Positions 55,384-64,000 of a stretch of DNA of 64,000 nucleotides are shown here, piece by piece. This DNA is from Candidatus Hydrogenedentota bacterium (lineage in GTDB: Bacteria; Hydrogenedentota; Hydrogenedentia; Hydrogenedentales; JAGMZX01): contig JAKQEQ010000084.1 of NCBI GenBank assembly GCA_029556545.1, forward strand, positions 305 through 64,304, read 5' to 3'. The position numbers and the translations under genes are program-made. The notes below the pieces were generated by a model. The model was given only the letters and a program-made list of their open reading frames with translations. It did no database searches and had not been told where the DNA came from. Every line of letters begins with the position of its first letter. Positions within the stretch are counted from its first letter, which is position 1.

Positions 55384-58089
55384 TTACTGCTCCCGGGGCG
55401 CCTCGAAGGCGTAACGGCCGGATTGCGCCTCGAACACCGCGCGCCCCGCCTCGTCGCGCAGCAGCGCCAGCCCTTCCGATTGCGCGGCGGGCGCGCCGGA
55501 CTCGGTCACGGCGTCGGCGTTCGCGGCGGGCACATGCACTTCCGCCACCGTGTTCACGGGCACGCGCACCCGCCAGTGGAACCGGCCTTCCTTGATTTCC
55601 CACGCGCTCTCGATGACCCCGCGCACGGTGTCCTGCCGCGCCGTGACCCACGTCAAGTTGCCCGTGATTTCCGGCTTCAGCACGAAGCGCGCGAAGGCCG
55701 GCGTGTCCGGATCGAGCCGGATGCCCGCGAGCGCCTCGTAAAACCACACGCCGATGCCGTTGTAGCAGTTGTGAATGTGGGACCGCATCCCGTCCCAGTG
55801 CTCCCAGGTGGCGGTGGCGCCGTTTTTCAGCATGTAGCCCCAGCCGGGGAAGTCCTCCTGGTTCGTGTAGCGGAACACGAGATCGCTGCGCCCGCGTTCG
55901 AGCAACGCCGTCGTCAGCACGGGCACGCCCACGAGCCCGACGTCGAGGTGGCCCGCAAACTCGACCAGGATTTTCTCTTCCAGCCGTTTTTCGACCTGGC
56001 CTTCGAGCTCCGGCGGCGTCACGCCCACGAGCAGCGGATAGGCGAGGCCGAGTTGCGTGTCGTCCGCGTAGGTCCCGTCATGCCAGAACTCCGCGTGTAC
56101 CTTGGCGCGCAACGCCTCCGCCGTTTTCGCGTAGCGGGCGGCGTCTTCCTGCTTGCCGAGCAACTCCGCGATACGCGCCATGCGCGCGTGGCACTGGATA
56201 ATCACGCAGTTGTTCACGAGATGCGTCGAGCGCTCCGCCTCCCGCTCGTTGCGCTTCGGGCGGGCCCAGTCGCCGAGGTACCAGTTGCGGTATTCCTCGT
56301 CCGGCCAGCCGAAGATCAGGCCGTCCTCCCGGCTATGCTTGGCGACATAGCCGTCGAGCCACCGCTGCATCATGCCGTAGTTCTCTTCGAGGATTCGCAC
56401 GTCGCCGTAGTGGCGGTACATCTCCCACGGCGCGGCGATCGAGAACGCGCACCAATACGGTCCGCCGCCCGCGCTGTACGGGTTGGGCGCCGTGTGCGGC
56501 AAGCCGCCGTCCGGGCGCTGGCAGTCCCGCCAATGGGCCATCCACGCGGTGTAGAGCGGCCCCATGCCGAACAGCGACAACGCGGTGGCCGTGCTTGCCT
56601 GGCCGTCGCCGCCATAGCCCAGCCGCTCGATGTGCGGGCAATCGACGAGATAACCGCCGAGGCTCAGGCACTCGAAGGTGTAGTGCACCATGTCGTGGAT
56701 ATCGGTCAGGAGCGGGTTCGAGCAGGCAAACGAAGCGTAGACCGGGAAATCCGTGCGGATAAGCAGCGCGGCCAGGTCTTCCGGCGCGGGCGGCGCGTCC
56801 AATCCCTTGATCAGCACATAGCGAAAGGCGTGATAGTGAAAGCGGTTGCGGAACGTCTCCGAATCGCCGCCGCGGGCGACGTATATGGACCGCTGATTGA
56901 AGTTCTTCATCTCGGGCGAGAGCAAGTCGATGAAATCCATCGTCACCCGGTTGCCCGGCGCCTGACTGCGCAGGGTCATCTCGAACCAGCCCGTGAGGTT
57001 CACGCCGAAGTCCACAACCCAGGCGTCGCCGCCGTAATGCTTGACCGTGCGCGGCACAAACCGGCGCACGACGCGGTTGGTCTCGCACGGCTGGTCCGAG
57101 ACCGTGTGCGCGGGCACGGCCACCACCGCCGCATTGGGCCAGTCCCCGTCGTCAAAGCCCTGGGCCGCCCAATCGTCCACCGCCGCCTGCGCGTCCACGT
57201 GCTCGCCGCCGTAGCGCCCCGAGAGCCACTCGCCGATACGCCGGTAATGGCTCGGGTGGGCCTTCCAGTCGGCCCCGGTAGGCACGGTGACCGTGCTGCC
57301 GTCCGCGCAGGCAACCTCGATCACGGCGCGCACCAGCGGGCCCGCATACGCCACGCCCGGCAGTTCCTTCGCGTACCAGCCGCGCCCAAGCCAGAAGGCA
57401 GCCGTGTTGTCGCCCGCGGCAAGCAGCGGCGTAATGTCGTAAACGATGCGCCACGATCGCCGGTCGAACTGGGACACGGCGGGTGTCAACACATCATCCC
57501 CCGCCTTTCTGCCGTTGATGTACAGTTCGGCGTAGCCCAGCGGATTCACGTAAGCCCGCGCGCGCACCGGGGCCGCGGGAAGCCGAAAGCCCTTGCGCAG
57601 CCAGGGAAACTCGACGTTGCCGTCGTCCTCGCGCAACCCGATGTATTCCCCCGCCCACGCGCCGTCGAGAAAACCCGTCTCGAACATCGCGGGTGCGCTC
57701 CACGGCGAGGCCGCTCCCCGTTCGTCCCAAACGCGCACCTTCCAGAAAACAGTCTGCTTCGCCTGCAACGGCATGCCGCCCCAAGGCACGAGCACGCTCT
57801 CCCCCGACGCCACGCGGCCCGATTCCCACAGGCCACCCCGGTCCGCGGCCAACTCCTCCGCGCGTCCGGCGGCGATCACCTGCCACGCGGTCTGCCGCGC
57901 GCCGCGCCGCCCGCTCTCGATGATCCAGCTCAGCCGCGGCGCCGCCGTGCCGACGCCGATGGGGTCCTCAAGGTACTCGCAACGCAGTCGCGCCGCCCGC
58001 ACGTCGCTTTCCTCGGCGCGCGCCGCCGCGCCGACGGCGCACGCCGCGATCATCGCCAGCCCGGCCAAGAATCCGCTTCCATACTGCAT
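55384..58089 (-). CDS. Alpha-L-rhamnosidase (GH78)
   Basis: It has a signal peptide. The N-terminus LRCEYLEDPIGVGTAAPRLSWII is typical of bacterial GH78. Length is 901 aa. Confidence 0.92.
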   Translation of the reverse strand: MQYGSGFLAGLAMIAACAVGAAARAEESDVRAARLRCEYLEDPIGVGTAAPRLSWIIESGRRGARQTAWQVIAAGRAEELAADRGGLWESGRVASGESVLVPWGGMPLQAKQTVFWKVRVWDERGAASPWSAPAMFETGFLDGAWAGEYIGLREDDGNVEFPWLRKGFRLPAAPVRARAYVNPLGYAELYINGRKAGDDVLTPAVSQFDRRSWRIVYDITPLLAAGDNTAAFWLGRGWYAKELPGVAYAGPLVRAVIEVACADGSTVTVPTGADWKAHPSHYRRIGEWLSGRYGGEHVDAQAAVDDWAAQGFDDGDWPNAAVVAVPAHTVSDQPCETNRVVRRFVPRTVKHYGGDAWVVDFGVNLTGWFEMTLRSQAPGNRVTMDFIDLLSPEMKNFNQRSIYVARGGDSETFRNRFHYHAFRYVLIKGLDAPPAPEDLAALLIRTDFPVYASFACSNPLLTDIHDMVHYTFECLSLGGYLVDCPHIERLGYGGDGQASTATALSLFGMGPLYTAWMAHWRDCQRPDGGLPHTAPNPYSAGGGPYWCAFSIAAPWEMYRHYGDVRILEENYGMMQRWLDGYVAKHSREDGLIFGWPDEEYRNWYLGDWARPKRNEREAERSTHLVNNCVIIQCHARMARIAELLGKQEDAARYAKTAEALRAKVHAEFWHDGTYADDTQLGLAYPLLVGVTPPELEGQVEKRLEEKILVEFAGHLDVGLVGVPVLTTALLERGRSDLVFRYTNQEDFPGWGYMLKNGATATWEHWDGMRSHIHNCYNGIGVWFYEALAGIRLDPDTPAFARFVLKPEITGNLTWVTARQDTVRGVIESAWEIKEGRFHWRVRVPVNTVAEVHVPAANADAVTESGAPAAQSEGLALLRDEAGRAVFEAQSGRYAFEAPREQ

Positions 58090-58144
58090 TGTCGCCGCCC
58101 TCCCACGTCGCTAAGAATCGTAGTATACGTCGCGCCGCGCGATG

Positions 58145-59287
58145 TCAATCCGTGATGATCAGCTTCTCTTTCGACGGCAGGGACGGGAACGGATGGTGCG
58201 GTTCGAGTTGGTACCAATACGCGACCGCCGCGAGATCGTCCTCCAGCGGCAGGTACCGCCCTTCACTCTGCCAGCCGAGGCTCTGAATGGTCACGCGCAG
58301 GTCCTGATCGAAACGCACGGGATCCGTAATATGCCAGCGGTATTGGCCGATCCGCCGCTGCGCGCCGTCGTGGGGCACGTGGTGGAAGCCGGTGTACGGG
58401 CTGCTGAAAGACTCATACGAATACTTGCCGTCCTCCTTGCGTTCACCATAGCCGTAGGACCCGCAAAAGTAGTCTTCCTCGCCCGTTCCGCAGATCGTCG
58501 GGAAAGCATCGTCGCCGTCGATGTAGAACTTGATCTCGCCCTCGCCCCACCAGCCTTCGCTGTTCGCGCCATGAGCTAGATAAGTCCCAACGTAGTGACC
58601 CCGGCCCCGGATGCCGTCCACGATGGTAAAAACCTCTTTGTACGGCAGCGGATTCACCCGGCGGAACTGCGCGTGGAAGTACGGCGTGTCCTCAGACACC
58701 GCTTCGAGCGAGTAATCGATCTGGTAATAGACCGTCGCATGCTTCGCCCCCAGGTTCTCCATGGTAACCCGGCACCCCTTCCGGAAGGGCATCTGCCAGT
58801 AGGAATTGAAGCCGCTCCGCGGATTCACGCAAATCGCCAGCGACGATATCCGCGGTTCTTTGCCCATGCCCCAGCCCGCGGCGAAGAAGTCGCCCACGGG
58901 AACCTCGACCGACGGCTGTTCCTCGCCGTCCCAGTAGAAACGCAGGATCATGAGGCGATAGTCTCCCGCCGGGGTCATCCAGATGTGATTGATGACGCCG
59001 GACCCCTCAATCGCGCCCAACGTGAAGGTCGTGCCCGGCTCGATGTGCACATACGGGTTCACCTTCCAGCCCTGGCCGAGTTCGCGGGCCGCGTGGGCCG
59101 CGCTCCCTTCCTCCAACGTGGCCATGCCGCCCTTCCCCTTCTCGCCGGTGAAGTTCTCCGGACTGATCGATCGCGTCTTCGCGTCATTCAATTGGCAAAG
59201 CCGGTCCAGTCCCGCGGCCTGCCCATGCGCCAAAGGCGCGCACACGACCAGTAGACCCACCGTCAGACACAGAATGCTCGCGTTCAT
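58145..59287 (-). CDS. DUF2961 (GH172-like) secreted protein
   Basis: It has a signal peptide. SISPENFTGEKGKGGMA is characteristic of the DUF2961 N-terminus. GGAGGG lies upstream. Confidence 0.9.
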   Translation of the reverse strand: MNASILCLTVGLLVVCAPLAHGQAAGLDRLCQLNDAKTRSISPENFTGEKGKGGMATLEEGSAAHAARELGQGWKVNPYVHIEPGTTFTLGAIEGSGVINHIWMTPAGDYRLMILRFYWDGEEQPSVEVPVGDFFAAGWGMGKEPRISSLAICVNPRSGFNSYWQMPFRKGCRVTMENLGAKHATVYYQIDYSLEAVSEDTPYFHAQFRRVNPLPYKEVFTIVDGIRGRGHYVGTYLAHGANSEGWWGEGEIKFYIDGDDAFPTICGTGEEDYFCGSYGYGERKEDGKYSYESFSSPYTGFHHVPHDGAQRRIGQYRWHITDPVRFDQDLRVTIQSLGWQSEGRYLPLEDDLAAVAYWYQLEPHHPFPSLPSKEKLIITD

Positions 59288-59405
59288 TTCTCATCCCTCC
59301 GTTAATACAGCGTTGAAAAAACCGTTGTTGATCGCGCACAGGAACGAGAACGACTGTAGCGCGCGGACCCGTGGACGTTCAATGCGCGCGGTGGATCGTG
59401 CGTCT

Positions 59406-60779
59406 TCAGCCGATCCAGCCGATCGCCACGGCGGTGGTGGCGAGGCTCAGGACAAGGAGGAACCCGCACATGTCGGTAAGCGTCGTGAGTATGGGCGGCG
59501 CGCCGAGCGCGGGGTCCATGCCGAGCCGGCGAAGGACCATCGGGATAAGCCCGCCAAGCGATACGGCTACGAGCGTGTTCAATGCAAACGCCGCGCCGAT
59601 AACCATCCCCAGCACCGGCGTATCGTGCCAGAACACGTAGGCGATCACGCCCAGGAGTCCGCCGAGGACAACCCCGTTGAGAAGGCCGACCGCCACCTCC
59701 TTGGCCCACACGAGGACGTAGTCGCCGGGCCGGATGAGGCCGAGCGCCAACTCGCGGATACTCACCGCCACCGCCTGGTTCCCGCTGCACCCGGACATGT
59801 TGCAGATGACGGGCATGAAGAACACCAGGGCGAACAGGCGGCCGACGGTCCCTTCAAACAGCAGAATGACGCTCGCCGCCGTGATGCTCAGGGCCATATT
59901 CAGCACCAGCCAGACCAACCGCCGCGAAGCGCGTTCGCGCAGAGGCATCGATCGGAGTTCCTCGCCCGTGATAATGCCGCTGTAGCGCAGGAACGCTTTC
60001 TCTTGCTCTTCGTAAAGCGCTTCCTCGACCGCCGCCCGGCGCACCACGCCGATCACCTTGCCGTCGTCGTCCGTAACCGGCACGTTCCAGAAGGTCCACC
60101 GCTCGAAGAAGTCGTCCAGTTCCTCGAGCGGCGTGTCCGCCAGCACGTAGATCGGGTTGACGATCATAATCTGGCGCAGTTCCTTCTCCGGCCGCGCGAG
60201 CAACAAGTCCCGCATGCGCACGACCCCCACCAATCGCCCGTGCTCCGACGCGACGTAAACGTAGTGGAGCCCGTAGTCCGAGTAGCGTTCGCTGTTCTCC
60301 CGGATGTCCCCCACCACGTCCGCCACGCGCATATCCTGCGGATACACCACGAAGTCCGTCGTCATGATGCCGCCCGCCGTGTCCTCGGGATACGTCAGCA
60401 GGTGGCGCGCGTCCGCCGCTTCCTCCGGCTCCATCTCGCGGAGAATCGCCTCGGCGTCCTCCTCGTGCATCTCCCCCAGGACGTCCGCGCGGCGGTCGCT
60501 CTCCATCTCCTCGACGATGTCCGCCGCGTGCTCGATCGGCAGGTCTTCGATGAGGTCGGCGGCTTGCGCGTCCGCCAACTCCTCCATCAGGTCCGCGGCC
60601 GTTTCCGGCCCCAGCGCCGAAAAGAGGACGGACCGTTCGTCCTCGTCCAGACGCGACAACACCCGCGCCACCTCGCCGGGGCTCAACCGCGAGAACAGCG
60701 CCGTCAGCCCGGCGCTGTCCTGCCGCTGCAGGAGTTCGTCCAGGTCCTTCCAGGGCTCTTCCAGATCGGTTTCGGGCAT
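59406..60779 (-). CDS. mgtE: Magnesium transporter MgtE
   Basis: N-terminal MgtE_N domain, a CBS pair, then a 5-TM C-terminal domain (...GFLLVLSLATTAV...). 457 aa. Confidence 0.93.
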   Translation of the reverse strand: MPETDLEEPWKDLDELLQRQDSAGLTALFSRLSPGEVARVLSRLDEDERSVLFSALGPETAADLMEELADAQAADLIEDLPIEHAADIVEEMESDRRADVLGEMHEEDAEAILREMEPEEAADARHLLTYPEDTAGGIMTTDFVVYPQDMRVADVVGDIRENSERYSDYGLHYVYVASEHGRLVGVVRMRDLLLARPEKELRQIMIVNPIYVLADTPLEELDDFFERWTFWNVPVTDDDGKVIGVVRRAAVEEALYEEQEKAFLRYSGIITGEELRSMPLRERASRRLVWLVLNMALSITAASVILLFEGTVGRLFALVFFMPVICNMSGCSGNQAVAVSIRELALGLIRPGDYVLVWAKEVAVGLLNGVVLGGLLGVIAYVFWHDTPVLGMVIGAAFALNTLVAVSLGGLIPMVLRRLGMDPALGAPPILTTLTDMCGFLLVLSLATTAVAIGWIG

Positions 60780-60926
60780 ATACGGCCCCGTTGCCGCCGC
60801 AAGCGCGGCGCGGTTGCTCTTCCGAGGACCCCGCGCGCCTCAAGGTCGTGTCACAAAACGAGAGACCAGGCTGCGCGGCTGATCGGGGAAGCGCCGGAAG
60901 AGACACTGCCTATTATCCGACGCGGC

Positions 60927-60988
60927 GCGTAGTATACCCTAGAGCACAGCGCCCGCGCACCCGCGGAGCGCGACGCGGTATACTATGC
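60927..60988. repeat. 12-bp inverted repeat (one G-T position) with a 38-nt spacer, upstream of mgtE
   Basis: GCGTAGTATACC (60927-60938) pairs with GGTATACTATGC (60977-60988). Each arm is adjacent to a CGACGCGG direct repeat (60918-60925 and 60971-60978; the second copy overlaps the right arm by 2 nt). Confidence 0.75.
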
Positions 60989-61085
60989 AGTTATGGTTGG
61001 GAACGCACGGAAAACCAGGGATGCTCAGACGACAATACATCGCCCCGGTTGGGAACCCTATTGATATGTCAGGCGCGGGACCGAC

Positions 61086-61134
61086 GGGGACTGGCACAAG
61101 CGAGCGAGTCTTCGAGCAAGACGTGCCTGTCCCC
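61086..61134. repeat. REP/MITE-like element, family A (copy 3 of 4, variant core)
   Basis: GGGGACTGGCACAAGCGAGCGAGTCTTCGAGCAAGACGTGCCTGTCCCC. It shares its 18-nt and 16-nt termini with copies 1 and 2. Confidence 0.9.
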
Positions 61135-61178
61135 GATCCCCCGAGGGCGAGGACGAGGAGCGACGGAGGACAGGCGTA

Positions 61179-61373
61179 ATGAGTGACTCCGATACCGCGC
61201 ATGCTCCGTCCGGCACGCGATCCTGGCGGTCCTTGGCGGGCTCCGCGGGTCGCGCCCTTATCGCGCTCTGGACCTTCGGGTGCGCGGCTTTCTTCTTCGT
61301 GCGCTTCTCGTTTCTGGTTCACCATGCGAATCAAGACGCCCTGCGCCAATTCATCGAGCGGTGGCTGAAATGA
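61179..61373 (+). CDS. Possible small membrane protein (64 aa)
   Basis: GGAGGA lies 8 nt upstream of the ATG. There is one predicted TM (ALIALWTFGCAAFFFVRFSFLV). No homology recognised. Confidence 0.35.
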   Translation: MSDSDTAHAPSGTRSWRSLAGSAGRALIALWTFGCAAFFFVRFSFLVHHANQDALRQFIERWLK

Positions 61374-61418
61374 ATTCCCACGGGCGTCACGAAAGCGACC
61401 GCGATTCTTCTCTCCGTC

Positions 61419-61438
61419 ATTCCCGCGAAAGCGGGAAT
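61419..61438. repeat. 8-bp stem / GAAA tetraloop palindrome (ATTCCCGC-GAAA-GCGGGAAT)
   Basis: Read directly. It lies in the intergenic region upstream of the Crp-family gene. Confidence 0.8.
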
Positions 61439-61533
61439 CCAGTAGAATTCGCGCACATGCAAAAACGTGGACAGCAGAGACCTGAAAATGCTTCTTCCAA
61501 GCGTCTGAAGCGAACACGAAGCGACCGCACGCC

Positions 61534-62229
61534 ATGACCATGATGCGTCCATTCGCGCGCGTCCCCTTCTCGCTCAAGGAAGTGGCGTTCTTTCAAGACC
61601 TGGACGCGACCGTGCTCGCGCGGGTCGGCGAGTTCGTCTATCACCGTGAATATGGAACGCGCCAGATCGTGTTCTTCCCCGACGATCCCTGCGATTTCGT
61701 CTATTGGGTGCGCAAGGGCCGCGTCCGGATAACCCGCGTCTCGGACGACGGACGCGAGCTTTCGTTCCGCCACGCCGCGCCCGGAGACATGTTCGGCGAG
61801 GAGTGCCTCGTGAACCGAGGACGACGCGAAAACTACGCCGAGGCGCTCCGCGCGGGCGTCCTGTGCCTTATGCGCGCCGTCGATTTCCGGAAATGCGTGC
61901 GGGAAGAGGGCGCATTCGCCTGCCAGGTGGCGCACTACCTGTGCGAACGCGGACTCGAAACCGAGCAGACCCTGAGCGAAATGGTCTTCTGTTCCGTCCG
62001 TCGGCGCCTGGCCTCCGGCCTGCTCCGCTTGTTGCGGCGCGAAGGCGGCCAGCCGGGCGCGACCCTCCAAGTGACGCACCAGGAACTCGCGAACCTCATC
62101 GGTTCGACCCGCGAAACGACCACCGCCACGCTACACGGACTGCGCACCGAAGGCATCGTCGCGCTCGCGAATCGCTCCATTGTCATTCGCGACCCCGCGG
62201 CGCTCGAACACGTGGCAAGGAGCGGATAA
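61534..62229 (+). CDS. Crp/Fnr-family transcriptional regulator
   Basis: cNMP-binding domain (...FFQDLD...GDMFGEECL...) plus a C-terminal HTH (QELANLIGSTRETTTATLHGLRTEGIV). Confidence 0.88.
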   Translation: MTMMRPFARVPFSLKEVAFFQDLDATVLARVGEFVYHREYGTRQIVFFPDDPCDFVYWVRKGRVRITRVSDDGRELSFRHAAPGDMFGEECLVNRGRRENYAEALRAGVLCLMRAVDFRKCVREEGAFACQVAHYLCERGLETEQTLSEMVFCSVRRRLASGLLRLLRREGGQPGATLQVTHQELANLIGSTRETTTATLHGLRTEGIVALANRSIVIRDPAALEHVARSG

Positions 62230-62855
62230 TGACGATTACATGGCATGACGTTTCGATTCCCCTGCGGGAAGGCATGACCGTCTGGCCCGGCGACCCGCCC
62301 TTCGAATTGCGGCCCGACCGCCGCATCGCAGCCGGCGCCACCGCCAACACCTCGCTCCTGAGGCTCTCGACCCACACCGGAACCCACGTGGACGCGCCGT
62401 GGCATTTCGAAGACAAAGGCAAACGACTCGACGCCGTGGACCCGGCCGTCTTCTTCGGAGACGCGCTGTTGCTTGACCTGTCCGACGTGAACCTTGTCCG
62501 CGCGGATCACCTGCCCCCGGAACGGCTGCCCGAGCGGGTCCTGTTCAAGACGCGCAACTCGAACGTCCCCGTGGACGCGCCCTTCCAGCGGGATTACGTC
62601 GCGCTCGACGCGGACGCCGCGCAACGCCTCGTGGCGGACGGCGTCCGCCTCGTGGGCGTGGATTACCTGTCCGTGGCCCCCTACAAGCAGCCGGGACAGC
62701 CCACGCACCACATCCTTCTCCAACACGACGTACTCGTGGTCGAGGGTCTGCTCCTGCGCGGCTTCACGCAAGGGGTGTACCCGTTCATACTGCTTCCCTT
62801 GCCCCTCGCCGACGCCGACGGCGCGCCCTGCCGCGCATTTCTCGGCGTCCCCTGA
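62229..62855 (+). CDS. Cyclase-family protein (kynurenine formamidase-like)
   Basis: The HTGTHVDAPWHF motif is present. The start ATG overlaps the crp-like stop (TAATG). 208 aa. Confidence 0.88.
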   Translation: MTITWHDVSIPLREGMTVWPGDPPFELRPDRRIAAGATANTSLLRLSTHTGTHVDAPWHFEDKGKRLDAVDPAVFFGDALLLDLSDVNLVRADHLPPERLPERVLFKTRNSNVPVDAPFQRDYVALDADAAQRLVADGVRLVGVDYLSVAPYKQPGQPTHHILLQHDVLVVEGLLLRGFTQGVYPFILLPLPLADADGAPCRAFLGVP

Positions 62856-62862
62856 TCCCCCA

Positions 62863-62996
62863 GGGGACTGGCACAAGCGAGCGAGTCTTCGAGCCTGTCC
62901 TCCGACGTGTCGTCCATAGCTTTAGCGGCGGAGGAAGCCTTGGCGAAGGAGGGCGAGACGTGCCTGTCCCCGATCCTGTCCGATCCTGTCCCCGAC
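62863..62996. repeat. REP/MITE-like element, family A (copy 4 of 4) with a nested insertion and tandem duplication of its 3' end
   Basis: Positions 62863-62894 are identical to the first 32 nt of copy 3. Extra sequence of about 60 nt follows (it carries TCCTCCG...CGGAGGA), then GAGACGTGCCTGTCCCC ending at 62971. After that comes CCTGTCCCCGAT / CCTGTCCGAT / CCTGTCCCCGAC (62963-62996). Confidence 0.85.
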
Positions 62997-63049
62997 CCTT
63001 GTGCGCACGCGCGCGGGACGGGTATGCTCGATAGCGGGAGATTTCACGG

Positions 63050-64000
63050 GTGAAGACCAAGGGTGCAGCATCGAGCGCATGGCCGTTCCACGGCGGGACC
63101 GCGTTCGTTCGCGAGGTCCTTCCCAACGCAGCGACGGCGACGGCCATCGCGGCGGTGGTGGTATTCGCGGGCGCGTGGCTAGCGCCAAGACTTGGAGTCG
63201 CCGAGTACGACTACCTCGTGGGCGCGGGCCTGGTTGTCGGAGCCGCGGGCGCGGCGTTCCTCGTCTTCGGCCCTTCCTGGATCATCATTTCCCTCTTCCT
63301 TGCCAAGATGATCCTCGGCCATCTATTCCTTTCCATGTACATATTCCCCTTCGCGGGCGTCGAATGGCACCCCCGCGAATTCTGGCTCTTCCTGCTGCTG
63401 GCCCACGGCGCCGTCAAGCTGATCACGGGCCGCGCCGCCATACGCCCCGACCTCACCCACTACTTCTTCTACCTGTACTGCTTCTATTTCGTGTTCATCG
63501 CGGCGGTGGGCCTCTGGCGGCAGCCGAACATGACCGAAATCATCAAGGAATGCCGCTTTCCTATTTTTCTATCTACATACCTGGTTTTCGCGACCTGCGT
63601 CAAGGACCGCCGCGAACTCCGGCGGTACGCCCGCGCCCTCCTGGCGCTCACCACGCTCATCGCCCTCGGCGCGTGCGCCTTCTTCGCGTACACCTTCGTC
63701 ACCGGCAACGTCATCAACACGCAGAACGTCTACGGCGAATACGTCCGACGCCAGATCGGCCCCCGCCTCCTCCAATCCGTCCGCCCCAACGGCCACCTCT
63801 TCTACGAAGTCTGTTTCGTCGTCATCGCGGCCCTGTTCTTCTGTCGCGAGACCACGAGGCGCGTGAAAGCGCTCTACCTCCTCCTCCTCGGAGTCTTCGG
63901 CTGCGCCATCGTCATCACCATGATGCGGACCGCCTACGTCGCCCTCGCCTGCTCCCTCGCGATACTCGTGTTCATCAGCCTGCCGCGCGGCATGCGGTGG
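63050..64000 (+). CDS. Polytopic membrane protein, O-antigen ligase/Wzy-like (3' end outside the window)
   Basis: The frame is open from 63035 to the window end. The first start is GTG 63050. There are many TM helices, and the ...VITMMRTAYVALA... segment resembles Wzy_C/O-antigen ligase proteins. It is absent from the ORF track because there is no stop inside the window. Confidence 0.65.
   Translation, partial: MKTKGAASSAWPFHGGTAFVREVLPNAATATAIAAVVVFAGAWLAPRLGVAEYDYLVGAGLVVGAAGAAFLVFGPSWIIISLFLAKMILGHLFLSMYIFPFAGVEWHPREFWLFLLLAHGAVKLITGRAAIRPDLTHYFFYLYCFYFVFIAAVGLWRQPNMTEIIKECRFPIFLSTYLVFATCVKDRRELRRYARALLALTTLIALGACAFFAYTFVTGNVINTQNVYGEYVRRQIGPRLLQSVRPNGHLFYEVCFVVIAALFFCRETTRRVKALYLLLLGVFGCAIVITMMRTAYVALACSLAILVFISLPRGMRW

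Noticed and set aside
60780-60990. M-box (Mg) riboswitch expected upstream of mgtE.
   Set aside because: Reading the minus-strand leader, I found none of the conserved M-box segments. A proper covariance-model scan is still needed.

Overview
High-GC bacterial chromosomal segment; most genes carry G or C at nearly every third codon position (judged by eye, not computed). Coding is dense and gene ends often overlap by 4 nt (GTGA, ATGA or TTGA). The gene content suggests a PVC-type, Planctomycetota-like organism. The markers are a DUF1559 prepilin-like protein, Tat-signal Gfo/Idh/MocA oxidoreductases next to a PmoA-family protein, and GH127-like, GH78, DUF4838 and DUF2961 glycan enzymes. This taxonomic call is inference only. 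I support about 47 CDS. They include a roughly 7.4-kb giant surface-protein gene broken by a 70-nt duplication/insertion, a hybrid histidine kinase coupled to two ABC exporter genes, and a JAB-DinG fusion helicase. Other calls are pgi, an addiction-module antitoxin / ParE-RelE toxin pair, an orphan Phd-like antitoxin, a lower-GC subtilase islet, radC-psd-pssA and mgtE. I found no rRNA, tRNA, CRISPR array, transposase, integrase or phage genes, and no recognisable canonical defence island. The features not explained by genes are: (1) the 36-bp direct repeat that frameshifts the giant gene; (2) a roughly 580-bp non-coding stretch with its own promoter upstream of the DUF1559 gene; (3) two families of intergenic palindromic REP/MITE-like repeats plus one 190-bp element with terminal inverted repeats (TIRs); (4) several short-unit tandem repeats next to promoters; (5) two unrelated inverted repeats that share a 12/38/12 geometry. 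The candidate promoters repeatedly show TTGACA-like -35 boxes and/or TGn-extended -10 boxes. All functional calls rest on motifs read from the translated ORFs, not on database searches.
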